Positions 24,992 to 38,900 of a DNA stretch of 64,000 nt are shown piece after piece. A program made the translations under genes and the position numbers. Below the pieces are notes generated by a model, which worked only from the letters and a program-made list of their open reading frames with translations, was not told the origin of the DNA and made no database searches. This DNA is from Octopus vulgaris (Eukaryota): contig OX597822.1 of assembly GCA_951406725.2 (NCBI GenBank), forward strand, positions 13,516,001 through 13,580,000, in the 5' to 3' direction. Positions within the stretch are counted from its first letter, which is position 1. Each line of letters opens with the position of its first letter.

Positions 24992-25110
24992 TATGTATAT
25001 ATATATATACATGTATATATACATATATATACATATATATACATATCTATATACATATGTACACACATATATATACATACACACACACACATATATATAC
25101 ATACACACAT

Positions 25111-25162
<52 letters not shown>

Positions 25163-26039
25163 TACTCTTTACTCTTTTACTCTTTTACTTGTTTCAGTCA
25201 TTTGACTGCGGCCATGCTGGAGCACCGCCTTTTAGTCGAGGAAATCGAACCCGGGACTTATTCTTTGTAAGCCCAGTACTTATTCTATCGGTCTCTTTTG
25301 CCGAACCCCTAAGTGACGGGGACGTAAAGACACCAGCATATATATATATATATTCATGCATGTATACATAACTACTTGCATACATACATACAAACATACA
25401 TGTACATAAAGACAAATTAGCTGTTAGTGTAGGTGTGTGCATATGCGCTTATGCTATTGTATTTGTATGTTTGTCTCTGCTTGTAAGTGTGTGTCTATGC
25501 GTGTATGTGTGACCATCCCTATACGTACGAGCTTTTGATTTCTCTCGCCTCTGTCCGCCAGGCAGATCTCGTTCGCTTTGAGTCTGTCTGCGAAATCTTC
25601 AGACGTGTTTCCAATTCTGTCAGATACTCTTGTAGTGATATTTATCTCTTCCATCGCGCCATCCGTGCCAATCTTGTCAGCTTCTACGCCATTTTTATCA
25701 CGCTCTTTAACCAACAGCACATCCTTATCTCACGCTAGAATCAACTAACCATACGTAACACCAAACCAATCCTTTACCTCACAACCACTCCACACTTAAA
25801 CATGCCATCGACTTTTTCTATAAATCCCTGTCTCTCTCTCCCTCTCTCGCTCTCTCTCGCTCTCTCTCCCTCTCCCTCTCTCTCTCTCGCTCTCTCGCTC
25901 TCTCTCTCTCTCTCGCACTCTACCCCATGGCTTTCTTGTCTTCCCCCTCTCTCTCTCTCGTACACACACACACAAACACTTTCAGTTTGTCTTTTCGATT
26001 TTCATATATCACACCATTTTCCCCACCTCTCTTTCCTTC

Positions 26040-26096
<57 letters not shown>

Positions 26097-26310
26097 CAAT
26101 CTATCTTTTTATTTTTTCTCTCTCATTTTCCCTTTGTTACAAACACACTCATTCACTCCTTTCCTATTTCTTGCTTTTTTTTCTATATCTTTCCGTACGT
26201 TTCACCCTCTCACTTTCATCAGATCTTTGCGTGTCTCTAACTATTTATCTATCTATCGATCTATGTCTGCCAGTCTATCTGACTGCATACATGTACATTT
26301 ATATACATGC

Positions 26311-26385
<75 letters not shown>

Positions 26386-26929
26386 TATTGAGCGGTCTTG
26401 TTTTATGCTTAAAGTACAACGGTGACACACACACACAGTGGTTGAAAGATTCCATGTAAGTATAGATTCTAAACATGCATAATTATTACATTGATAGTGA
26501 CTTCGATGTTTGTGACTTACTGATATACATACATGTATATTTGTAATTCTCTAATTTTATCTGGAATTTAATTTGTTTCAGTCAATTGACTGTGGCCATG
26601 CTGGAGCACTGCCTTTACTCGAGCAAATCTACCCCAGGATATATTCTTTGTAAGCCTAGTACTTATGCCTTCGGTCACTCTTGCCGAACCGCTAAGTGAC
26701 GGGGACATAAACACACCAGCATCGGTTGTCAAGCGATGCTAGGGAGACAAACACAGACACACAAACATATACATATATATATATATATACCCTACACACA
26801 TATTTGATTATGAAGATTTACAAACATACTTTCTCAGTGAAACTCAGTATACCCACCATTATAGATAATACCAAATGTACATTTTCGGATTTTTCATAAT
26901 TTCATAATGTGATGGCATTGCAATTGCAT

Positions 26930-27021
26930 GCGGCTGAAGAGAGCTTTAAACCATCTGTTATGTCGATTGCACATTGATGTAAGAATAGGTTGTTGTATAA
27001 AGCTTGAAACACGTGTACCGC
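26930..27021 (+). ncRNA. Canonical-core minimal type I hammerhead ribozyme
   Basis: gcgg CTGAAGA gagcttta [49-nt loop] taaagctt GAAA CACGTG TA ccgc; predicted cleavage after GUA (27017). Confidence 0.88.
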
Positions 27022-27132
27022 GACATCTTTTTGTATTCTGTTTTTTATTTCATTTTATACATATATATGTATGTATACATATATATATAGAGAGAGAGAT
27101 ATAAATATACATACATATGTGGTTATAGATAA

Positions 27133-27177
<45 letters not shown>

Positions 27178-27324
27178 TACATGCGTATATATATATATAT
27201 ATATATATAATTAATTATCTATAACCACATATGTATGTATATTTATATCTCTCTCTCTATATATATATGTATACATACATATATATGTATAAAATGAAAT
27301 AAAAAACAGAATACAAAAGATGTC

Positions 27325-27416
27325 GCGGTACACGTGTTTCAAGCTTTATACAACAACCTATTCTTACATCAATGTGCAATCGACATAACAGATGGTTTAA
27401 AGCTCTCTTCAGCCGC
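27325..27416 (-). ncRNA. Mirror copy of the hammerhead ribozyme
   Basis: reverse complement of 26930..27021. Confidence 0.85.
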
Positions 27417-27925
27417 ATGCAATTGCAATGCCATCACATTATGAAATTATGAAAAATCCGAAAATGTACATTTGGTATTATCTATAATGGTGGGTATACT
27501 GAGTTTCACTGAGAAAGTATGTTTGTAAATCTTCATAATCAAATATGTGTGTAGGGTACCATTGGACTTCAGAAATCCGTCCATACTCTATCATCAGTCA
27601 ACATAGAACATATATACATATACATATATGTATATGTATATATATATATAAATAAATATATATATATATATATACATATTCATATATATATATATGTATA
27701 TATGTATATATATACTGTCCGAAGTCTGGACGCCATGATAGATCGTTAGCTCCTACACGCATTTTTTTCTCTCCTTGTTTCTTTTCTGTGTATCTTTCTG
27801 TCGAAGAACGTAGGCTCGAAACGTAAAAGACTTTTTCTATTTCTATTCCTGAGCGCTATACTAATACATTTGTTTGTTTGTACTCCACCTGCCTTCGTCT
27901 TTTGTTTATTTTCGTATATATAGGG

Positions 27926-28487
27926 GAGCGAACGGTCAGAGAATTAAACAATTAAAAACACACCATTAAAGATTATGTCATTCGGATATTCATATTCCAT
28001 GGTTTCGAGTTCTAGCCCACGAGTCTCAATCTTCATCAGCATGAGTCACCGGTGAAAAATTGTAAATCCGTCACGTTGAACATCCATCAACGTTCTGACT
28101 TGTTTAGCGCCAAAACTAGCCTGCTTCGGTGCAAATATATTTATGGGTAACATTCGAATGTAAACACTCGAAGAAAGATATTATCATTGTTAATATTATC
28201 TCTGGTGAAAATATGTAATTGATAACAATAACAATGATAATGTAGGTGGTTCCGGGTTTTTAGATGGCATTATATAACTATACATTAAAATGAAAAATTC
28301 CTACTAAGCTTAAGGACGCTCAAGGCATCAACCTGTTTAGAGATAGGAGTCAAAATCGCAAATCCACCACTGAAATCATCGAGATGTGACAAAGAGCGAA
28401 CGGTTAGAGAATTAAACAATTAAAAACACACATTAAAGATTATGTCATTCGGATATTCATCTACCATGGTTTCGAGTTCTGGCCCGC
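27926..28487 (-). mobile_element. Partial-tandem (~470-bp period) HHR element, PLE pLTR/retrozyme-like
   Basis: ~92-bp direct repeats at 27926..28018 and ~28394..28485; minus HHR 27991..28043 catg CTGATGA a ga..tc GAAA CCATGG aa tatg; second copy retains GAAA CCATGG TA. Confidence 0.75.
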
Positions 28488-28849
28488 GCGCTCGCCTACT
28501 GTCATATTTCGATGACTTCGGTGGTGGATTTGGTGAGATTATTGTTGTTACCGCTATGGAAACTGATGATTTACGTGTTATTGTTGCTGTTCTTTTTCTT
28601 GTTGTTGTTGATGTCGTCATCGTCGTCGTCGTTGCTGTTGTTCTATGTCACTTCGAAGCTTCATCTAATTCTCTCGTTACGCAAAATGGCAACCAAGCAG
28701 ATTCGCACCCTGACTCATCGATCTTCTTCATGTTAGCTCGATATCCATTATTCCAGTATCTATTTACTCCTTTATAGAGTTGTTTTATTTTGTATCGCTT
28801 TTTAATGATTTTCAATTAAAATGTGAGACAAGTAAAATAAATAAAAATA

Positions 28850-31030
28850 TAGATCCCATACTTTTGAATTGAAACCACTTATCTTCCATCATGGTGTAAG
28901 ATTTAGTAGAATAGTCATTTAACAGTTATCAAGTGATTCAATAACATATACAATAAACACCTTTGTAAATTTATGCAGCTCAAAATATTAGAGTTTTATC
29001 GGTTTATAATTAAATCCCTTCTTGAAAAATCATTAGAATTCGCTAAAAGTATTTTCCGATGGATGAGTTTAGTGACACTGATATTAATATTATTATGCAC
29101 ACAAGAAATATGTTTCTTTTCATTCCGTAGAGGTTTATGGGTGAAGTTCCTTACGTGGTGAGGAGGAAATGCTAAGAAGTGTTCGATACAACCATGGGAT
29201 TGTGTGGTGTATCTGAAGTTAATGAATGCATAGGATTGTTCATAATAGACTTACTTCGGAAGAAATATTGCTATGCAGAATTCGGTATTTACAGGGATGA
29301 GGAACCATTCGTTTACCGGGTTTTGAATGGTCACGCTCTGGATGCTGTTAGAAAAGAGTTTATCAATTTATTCAAAGAGTTAACTTGAAAGATGACAGGA
29401 GAAAATATGATGAAATGTTTAAACATAACTCTAGTTTAAAGTATTAGTAATTACAGAAGATACAGTAAGCCTGAAACTGAAGGTATGATGAGATAAACCA
29501 GACAACCCAGCATGCCTAAGAAACTAAGTTGATAGTATTAGTCAAAATATATCCAGCTTCTAGTTTTTAAAATCAATGAATCGTGCGACTTGTTGTCACT
29601 ATAGAGCTTTACAAAAGAGCGACTTCAAAAATAGAGTATTTTTATATACAGAGCAGCCCTAATACCGGAACCACAAAAGTAGGAAACGAAATCTTCATAT
29701 ATATAAAACTGAGAATGTGTGTCTGTCTGTGTGTTTCCCTAAAACTTGAGAACTACACAACCAATTTCATTCAAATTTTACACATGCCTTACTTAGAGTC
29801 CGGGGAGTGTCATCGGCAAAAAAAACTTTTAACTTTTTGCCTAGGGCGAGCCCACAGCAATATCATATCTTCTCCACTACAATTCCCTAAAACTTGAGAA
29901 CTACACAACCAATTCCATTCAAATTTTACACATGCCTTACTTAGGGTCCATGTAGTTGCATGGGCAAAAAAATGCTCAACTTCTTGCCTAGAGCGAGCCC
30001 ATGGCAATATCATATCTTCTCCACTATTTCAGTATTACGTGTTAAAAGTGAAACAAAAACATTTCTCTATTTTATGTCAGATACTTTCTAACAATAAAAA
30101 TAATAATAACAATTGAATTATATGTAGTAAGTAATAATTAAAATCAAACTAAAGTATGATATAATCGTAACATAACAAAAGTAAAAATAGCAATTGGTAT
30201 AACATTACATCAATGATTTGAACTTGAATAAGTGGTTTCACATGAATGGGAATAAATTAAAAATAAAATTAGCGTGCAGAAATGGAATAGTCCAGATGGA
30301 TAATAAAAAATTAAATTAAAGAAAAGACTATTGTCTATAAAGTATACAATGTATAGAAAAAAGAAGATTTGAACACCTGGAGGAAAGCACCATCGAAAAG
30401 TGTCTTGGTGCGACTATGAAAGGTATCTAATCAGAGGCGGTAATTTCGCCACAATAGAAGCAAGGTTCGAGTCAACGGAGCATGCAAGGGAGTACTCGAC
30501 TCGAACTTGCAAAGTGGAAATATTTTATTTTTACCTTTATATCTGGGACGTAGGACGTCCCGGAAAAAAATTTAAATGCTCATCCCCCCCACCCCCCCAC
30601 CCCCAGATGTAGAGGTAGGCTGGATTGTAGCCACACTTCTATACAAGAGGGAGGACAAGATACAATTGATCGAAATTACAAGAGACGGGCTAACAATTCC
30701 AGTCTGTTATATATTTTGAGTATTGTTATCACTAGCGATATCAAGATATAACTTTATATTTTGTATTTTATGTGTAGATGTATATATATAGATGTACATG
30801 TAATATGTACACATATATATACACATATATACATGCACTAGCACACTGACCCGGCAATGACGGGTCTTTAATGCTAGTATTATATAATATAAACCTCTAT
30901 AGAATTTAAATACTCGTTCAAATACTGGCAGGATTTTACCGAACAGTATAAATAGGCGTTTCCCCGTTGTAGACTGTAGGTATCATAAAACCGTTAATAA
31001 AAAAATAATAATAACGTTACGGTAAGCTAC
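28850..31030 (+). mobile_element. Heavily decayed PLE RT/linker remnant split by a Helitron insertion
   Basis: F.Q..I.EFY..I...LL.KSLEFAK, MG..G.SEV.E.IGLFI...L, GIYRDE; joining 29691 to 30878 restores an RKRNII*YKP linker similar to RHRNIIWF in the 3.5-kb PLE. Confidence 0.7.
29692..30877 (+). mobile_element. Non-autonomous Helitron
   Basis: 5' TC..ATATATATAAAA..gtctgtctgt start; 3' hairpin GACCCG-gcaatga-CGGGTC (30848..30866) then CTAG (30874..30877); inserted between A and T without TSD; internal ~150-bp tandem duplication 29735..30025. Confidence 0.85.
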
Positions 31031-32070
31031 ATACGCAATATATGTGTGTGTGTGTGTGTGTGTGTGTATACACGCATCAAACATACATATATAAGTATAA
31101 ATATAGATTTCAATTTTTAGCACAAGGCCAGCAATTTCGGGGGAGCTAGTAAGTCGTTTACATCGACCCCAGTGCTTAACCGATACCTATTTTATCGACC
31201 ATGGAAGGATGAAAGCAAGGTCGACATCGCCGCAATTTGAACTAAGTACGTAAAAACAAGCGAAATAACGCCAAGAATGTTGTCCAACTTGCTAACGCTT
31301 CTGCCATTTCGCAACTTTCATACCTACATAAATGTAAACAAATATAAACATATATCTGTTATGCTTACATATGTGTGTGTGTGTGTGTGCATGTGTGTGC
31401 ATGTGTGTGTGTGCGTGTGTGTGCGTGTGTGTGCGTGTGCATGTGTGTGCGTGTGTGTGTGTGTGTGTGCGTGTATGTGTGTGTGCGTGTGTGTATATAC
31501 GTACACATATATTTACATACGTATCAGGAACCTGTTTTGCAGGAGTTTGTCATTTAAGTCTCCGCATTAGAAAAACTGTTTTCAAAAAGAATTACCAAAC
31601 ATGACCAAAGCTTCCGGTGAGACTTTCAAAAAAAGAAATCTTAATATATTTCTCACTAACATAGAAGATCAATCATTAGCGAATTACAAGAATTAAAACA
31701 GAACATCATCAAACGATTCGATGGTCCATCACCAGTACCACAAATACCACAAATTCCAGCATTACAGTAATAATGCTTCCACCGTCACTAACAATTTCAA
31801 GAACAACCGTAAGAAAACTATTACCATTACGACCATGTGTGCTGAGAAACAGAATGAAATCCGGTAACCTTGGTTATAACAAAAACGAGACAAAAGACAG
31901 AATATTCAACTATAAAGGCGGTTTTACAGAATGAAGCAACCAGTGATAGCTACAGCACGATCAAGTTCTAAAGGAATAAGTATATACACTTACGCACATA
32001 CAACCATATATACATACATCTCTACTAGAGGTACACAAAAGCACTGATATATACGTATACATATATTATT

Positions 32071-32106
<36 letters not shown>

Positions 32107-32225
32107 TTTATATATCGTTATATATATATATATATTTTGTTGAATTTTCTGCTGCTTAAAATAAACATATTCTCTACCACTGGTATTTGAGTACTCTTTT
32201 TAGTTTCACATTTATGTGTTTACTC

Positions 32226-32385
<160 letters not shown>

Positions 32386-32464
32386 CCTGAGCGCCATACT
32401 AATACAATTGTTTGTTTGTTTCCCACCTGCCTTCGTCTTTTGTCTAATTTCATAAAGCTTCCCG

Positions 32465-32502
<38 letters not shown>

Positions 32503-33131
32503 ATATAATATAAATAATATATGTATATGTGCATATATACATACATATATGTGCATACTTAGATATATATGTATATTTACATGCATATATGGGTACAGGA
32601 CGTCAAAAAACAACGTGAACAAAATGAAAAACGAGAACATAAAAAACAAAAACATTGAAAACAAACTTTTTTTTTCGAACATCAAAGATGCTTTTCCTCC
32701 ACAGAGAACATGTAGGAAGTACTCAGCAGTTTCGAAAGCTCTTCTAAATCCATTACAATGCTGGAAATTCTTCCGTTTCATCAGCAGGTATCGCTGGGTC
32801 ACAAACAACTCGACTCTTAATCTATACGCTCCACATGAGAGGGGCAGCAAGGTGTGAGCTAGTCTTCACCTATACTAGAACTTTGAAACCCGAAGCAATT
32901 ACGGGAAAAAAGTAATAGCATGTAAATATTGAATCAAAAGCCATTTGAATAGAGAAAAGCGAAGACGACCCGTGTGTCTCGAACCTATGTCTTCTGTAAG
33001 CATGACAGACGTTCTATCACTGGACCAAAGCAATCCTTTAGATTACTCTATGACGTCAGCAATACACCCCACCCATATATATATATATATGTGCTTGTAT
33101 ATATAAATATATATGTATATGCATATATATA

Positions 33132-33532
<401 letters not shown>

Positions 33533-33931
33533 ACATACACACACACGCATATATACACACATTAACACTCATACACGCGCACGCAGACATGCACCCGCAC
33601 CTTGGCTTTGCCAGCTGTGTAAAGTTATTGCATCTCTGATCCGCCCCTAAATACAACAGACTTCAACCTAATTAGAAACCACAGAAACTATAATTGATTT
33701 ATTTTAGTTGATTGATTTAATAATTAAAGCAATTACAATTAGGTGTCTCAGTACAGACGAGCTGGATACAGGCATGCGTACATACGTGCAGACGAGCTTG
33801 GCTATTTATACATTCATACGATCATGCACGCACGCACATACACACACACACACATTCACATGCATTTGGACATACATATTGATTCGTGTTTGAATGCATG
33901 TATATGTGTGGGTATATATATATATATATAT

Positions 33932-33978
<47 letters not shown>

Positions 33979-34115
33979 ATATATGTATTTATATATATAT
34001 ATATATATATATAGATAGATAGATAGATAGATATAGGTATATATATATATGTATTTATATATATATATATATTATATATATATATATATTATATATATAT
34101 ACACACATATGTATG

Positions 34116-34154
<39 letters not shown>

Positions 34155-34454
34155 ATGTATACATACATTCGTATATATGCATCTATGTTTTGTTTGTATA
34201 AACACGCACATTCACATCTATATACTTATAGATGCTTATATATGTGTATACATAAATCTATGCATTTATATGTGTATACGTTCGTGTTGACATATACGTA
34301 TAATCATACATACATGATTTTATACATGCATACACAATGAGGCATGTTCATTTGTACGCATAAATCCCAACAACTGCACAACTTTATCAGGCACGTGCAC
34401 GCGCCAGCACAAAATCACACACGTGCTGACATACACGTACACACACACACACAT

Positions 34455-34501
<47 letters not shown>

Positions 34502-35262
34502 CACATGCATGCAGCAAGCACTCACGTGTATATAACTGATACAGACTCACATATACGCATAGAACATGCATACATTTGCTCCATGAATATAAAGTACAGA
34601 GAGACGCCGAATGGCATGAAGAATTTACATACACACTCACACACACATACACACACGCACACACACACGCGCTTACATACACACACTCACATACATTCAT
34701 TCCCTTACAAGCATCTACGCACTCATACGCATAAATAAGATGCACACACATACACACCCATACACACAAATTCTTATATACACACACAACTACGCGTGCA
34801 AACACACATACTTAGATACACACACACACACACACGCGCGCGCACAATACGCAATACTCAATCATTTTACAAGTGTTCTAATTAAGTCATCGATCACTTT
34901 TACTCATTCTCCCAAATACATGCGCACGAGCATCGTAAATAATGGATCTACGTCGTTGTCAACGATGGATATTGAATAATTCGATTAACAACACTATGTT
35001 GTCATTGAATCAGCGTGTGACTGAGAACATCTCTCTCCCTCCCTCCCTCTCTCTCCCTCTTTTCTTCCCCCCTCTCTCTCTGTCTCTCAGGCATACGTCC
35101 CGTAAACGTAACCCTTACACCGAATGAGTGTATATATTTTTATGCACAACATCGAGCATTGTGCTTCCCCACCCCTTTTCACAACGAAAGTATAAGTGTG
35201 CATACGGTTACATTCTTATATATAAGTACTTCGGTACTTCTGTTTCCTACTGTGTTGCTTCC

Positions 35263-36272
<1,010 letters not shown>

Positions 36273-36284
36273 TCACAATATAGC

Positions 36285-36684
36285 GGTGAAAGAATTTGAC
36301 AAGATCAGTAAATATAAAGACTTGCTAATAGAAAATTTTAAAATGTGGCATCTCGAGGCAACTACAGTACCAGTGATTGTAGGATCTCTAGGAATGATAA
36401 TAAAAAAAAGGTACTGAAACCTATTTGAAAATGATACCAGACTTACCATCGTGTTAACCTGAACTACTAGGTACTGAGAAGAGCATTATCGCTGTGAAAA
36501 CAACATCCATTCATGAATTTATTCATTTATTAATTTTCTTTTTTTTTTTTTGTAAATACATATTTTACCTGTGAATTTGTGTGTGTAATCTGGAAATGCA
36601 TACAATGAGCTTCTTTGCCCTAGGTGTACGGAAAACACCCGGCGAGAAATGGAAAATTTGAAGAAAGAAGAAAAAAAAACATTG

Positions 36685-36685
<1 letters not shown>
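36285..36685 (+). mobile_element. R4/Dong-clade LINE 3' fragment (restriction-like endonuclease C-terminus + 3' UTR) with (TAA)n tail
   Basis: 36292.. translates EFDKISKYKDLLIENFKMWHLEATTVPVIVGSLGMI, matching the K..KY..L..E...W......PV.VG.LG motif of R4/Dong elements; flanked by (TAA)n on both sides. Confidence 0.82.
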
Positions 36686-36744
<59 letters not shown>

Positions 36745-36977
36745 GTAAAAATGATGATGATGATGATGATAATTTCAAATTTTGGCACAAGGCCAGCAAA
36801 ATTGGGGTAGGGTATAAGTCGATTACTTCGATCCCAATGCTCAACTGGTATTAATTTTTTCTTGACTCCAGAAGGATGAAAGGCAAAGTGACCTCAGCGG
36901 AATTTGAACTCAGAACGTAAAGACAGACGAAATGCTGCTAAGCATTTCACCCGGCGTGCTAACGTTTCTGCCAGTGC

Positions 36978-37260
36978 ATGGAGGTGGACAATGACGAGAC
37001 TAAATGCCATGCCGGCAGTTGTGAGCTCGGACCTGGTCGGTTTGGCAGCATTAACGACTAGTTTTGAGAAATATGTTGGAGAAACTAGAATTGACATGAG
37101 GGTAGAACATGCTCAGAAAACTGATTTATTGGGGACAGCTGGGATTTTGAGACTGGAATTTGGGTGTTAAGTTTCCTGTCAAAAGACCCTTTGAAACCCT
37201 TGACAAGGGGCTGCTCTCCTCTATTGCGATATTAATCGGAGCAAGTAAAATCGAGAGCCC
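36978..37260 (+). mobile_element. Second R4/Dong-like C-terminal fragment
   Basis: ORF 36904..37170 ends HAQKTDLLGTAGILRL, the QK..LLGTA.ILR terminal motif of this clade. Confidence 0.72.
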
Positions 37261-37887
37261 TTATCTCCCCTACAACCATCTAACATTCTTGAACGTGGTG
37301 CTCCAGCATGACCGTAGCAAAGGGACAAAACCAGGAAGAAAATTCATACGTTTGATAGCTGTGTAAATTGTCGTTCAAATGAGTGAGCTCGGACCTAGTC
37401 GGTTTGGCTGCCAGCATTTCAAAAATTAAGGTTTAATGAAAATTTTTTTAATTTGGCATAATAATACACTTGTCCAAATTGAATTGCTGGAGTTATTTCA
37501 TTTTTTTCCCAGAAAAATGTTTTTTTAAAAGTTATAGAGTTTTAAAGTTTGATCATTTTCACTCAGTCGGCAAACAAAATTTGGAAGCTGTCTTTTGTGC
37601 GTATCTGCACGTTTTGTCGTCAACGTCCTGAAAATAGAAGTGTCGTCATTATTTTAAACAACACGTTTTATGTCTCCGGTAATTTTCTTTCATGTAAATA
37701 AATGTGTTAATTGAAAAGATTTATCCCATAAATCTTACTTAGCTGTTATTTTTAGCACACAACACAACCACCTCAGTGTTCAATGACAAAAAGAAATCAG
37801 TAAATAAACATTTAAGCATTCAATATGCATTTAATGCAAATGCGTTAAACAACACGTTACATGCAATAAATACTTCTTTAACATATA

Positions 37888-38052
37888 GGCGTAAGAGTGG
37901 CTGTGTGGTCAGTAGCTTGCTTACAAACCACATGGATCCGGGTTCAGTCCCACTGCGTGGCACCTTAGGCAAGTGTCTTCTACTATAGCCTCGGGCCGAC
38001 CAAAGCCTTGTGAGTAGATTTGGTAGCCGGAAACTGAAAGAAGCTCGTCGTA

Positions 38053-38122
<70 letters not shown>

Positions 38123-38345
38123 TGTATGTATGTATGTATGTATGTGTGTGTATATGTTTGTGTGTCTGTGTTTGTCCCCCCAATATCGCTTGACAACCGA
38201 TGCTGGTATGTTTACGTCCCCGAAACCTACCAGTTCGGCAAAAGAGACCGATAAAATAAGTACTAGGCTTACAAAGAATAAGTTCTGGGGTCGATTTGCT
38301 CGACTAAAGGCGGTGCTCCACATGACTGAAACAAGTAAAAGAGAA
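37888..38345 (+). mobile_element. Full-length tRNA-derived SINE with internal microsatellite (same family as 24031)
   Basis: head ggcgtaagagtggctgtgtgg, caccttaggcaagtgtcttc core, tail gactgaaacaagtaaaagag. Confidence 0.88.
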
Positions 38346-38900
38346 AAATTGTTATAATCAATAACCGTGCTACGGTTCATCCCCAGTTCTTCAATACAAG
38401 AGCGGAATGAAGTCAATTCCTTAACCCATGAGTAAAGGAAGAGCATTTCAGTCCCAGGAAGGAAAGTCCCACTCTCAAACCATGTGTCTTTCCTCACCGA
38501 CACAGAGCCCATACATTCTCGGTGCAAGCATCGCTAGTACATGTTCCCACCACGTCTTTTCGTACACATAACATGCCTCTTTCTTACTTAGTATTCTTTT
38601 GGGTATAACACCCTTTTCTTGAAGGTACGACACAGCGAAGTTACTGGAGCTTGCTGCCATCATAGCACAGAACACAGTATCAAATTCGTCAACACATGCT
38701 TCCTCGCAGATAAAAGCCTTTTCAAAAACTGCTCGGTTTCTCTTGTTACTATGGCAACAATAACATGTTTTCTCGCAGACAAAAGAGTTCTCATGTTCCG
38801 CTTCTTACTATCGAAACGGGTATGTATGTGCCTGTGGCTTACGATTGGCTAAAATTACCAAAATTTTCGAAATTTAATTGCTAATAATTCTTTATTTATT
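38346..38900 (-). mobile_element. Merlin (IS1016/ISXO2-like) DNA transposase N-terminal remnant
   Basis: AVSYLQEKGVIP...C...REC..SVSVRKDTWFE....L..LFLYSW..E.TS...C.EELGM..STVIDYNNF resembles the Zn-ribbon/HTH region preceding the ISXO2 DDE domain; cut off by a SINE. Confidence 0.7.

Larger units (their letters stand above)
26788..27558. repeat. Essentially perfect 770-bp palindrome centred on (TA)n, with an HHR in each arm
   Basis: taccctacacacatatttgattatgaag... mirrors ...cttcataatcaaatatgtgtgtagggta; no arm mismatch seen by eye. Confidence 0.95.

Noticed and set aside
25454-25738. Overlapping non-repetitive ORFs as a host exon
   Set aside because: No recognisable domain or convincing splice context; kept only as a low-interest island
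32720-32790. Minus-strand CTGATGA...GAAA hammerhead candidate
   Set aside because: Helix II is plausible but no matching helix I or UH site could be drawn
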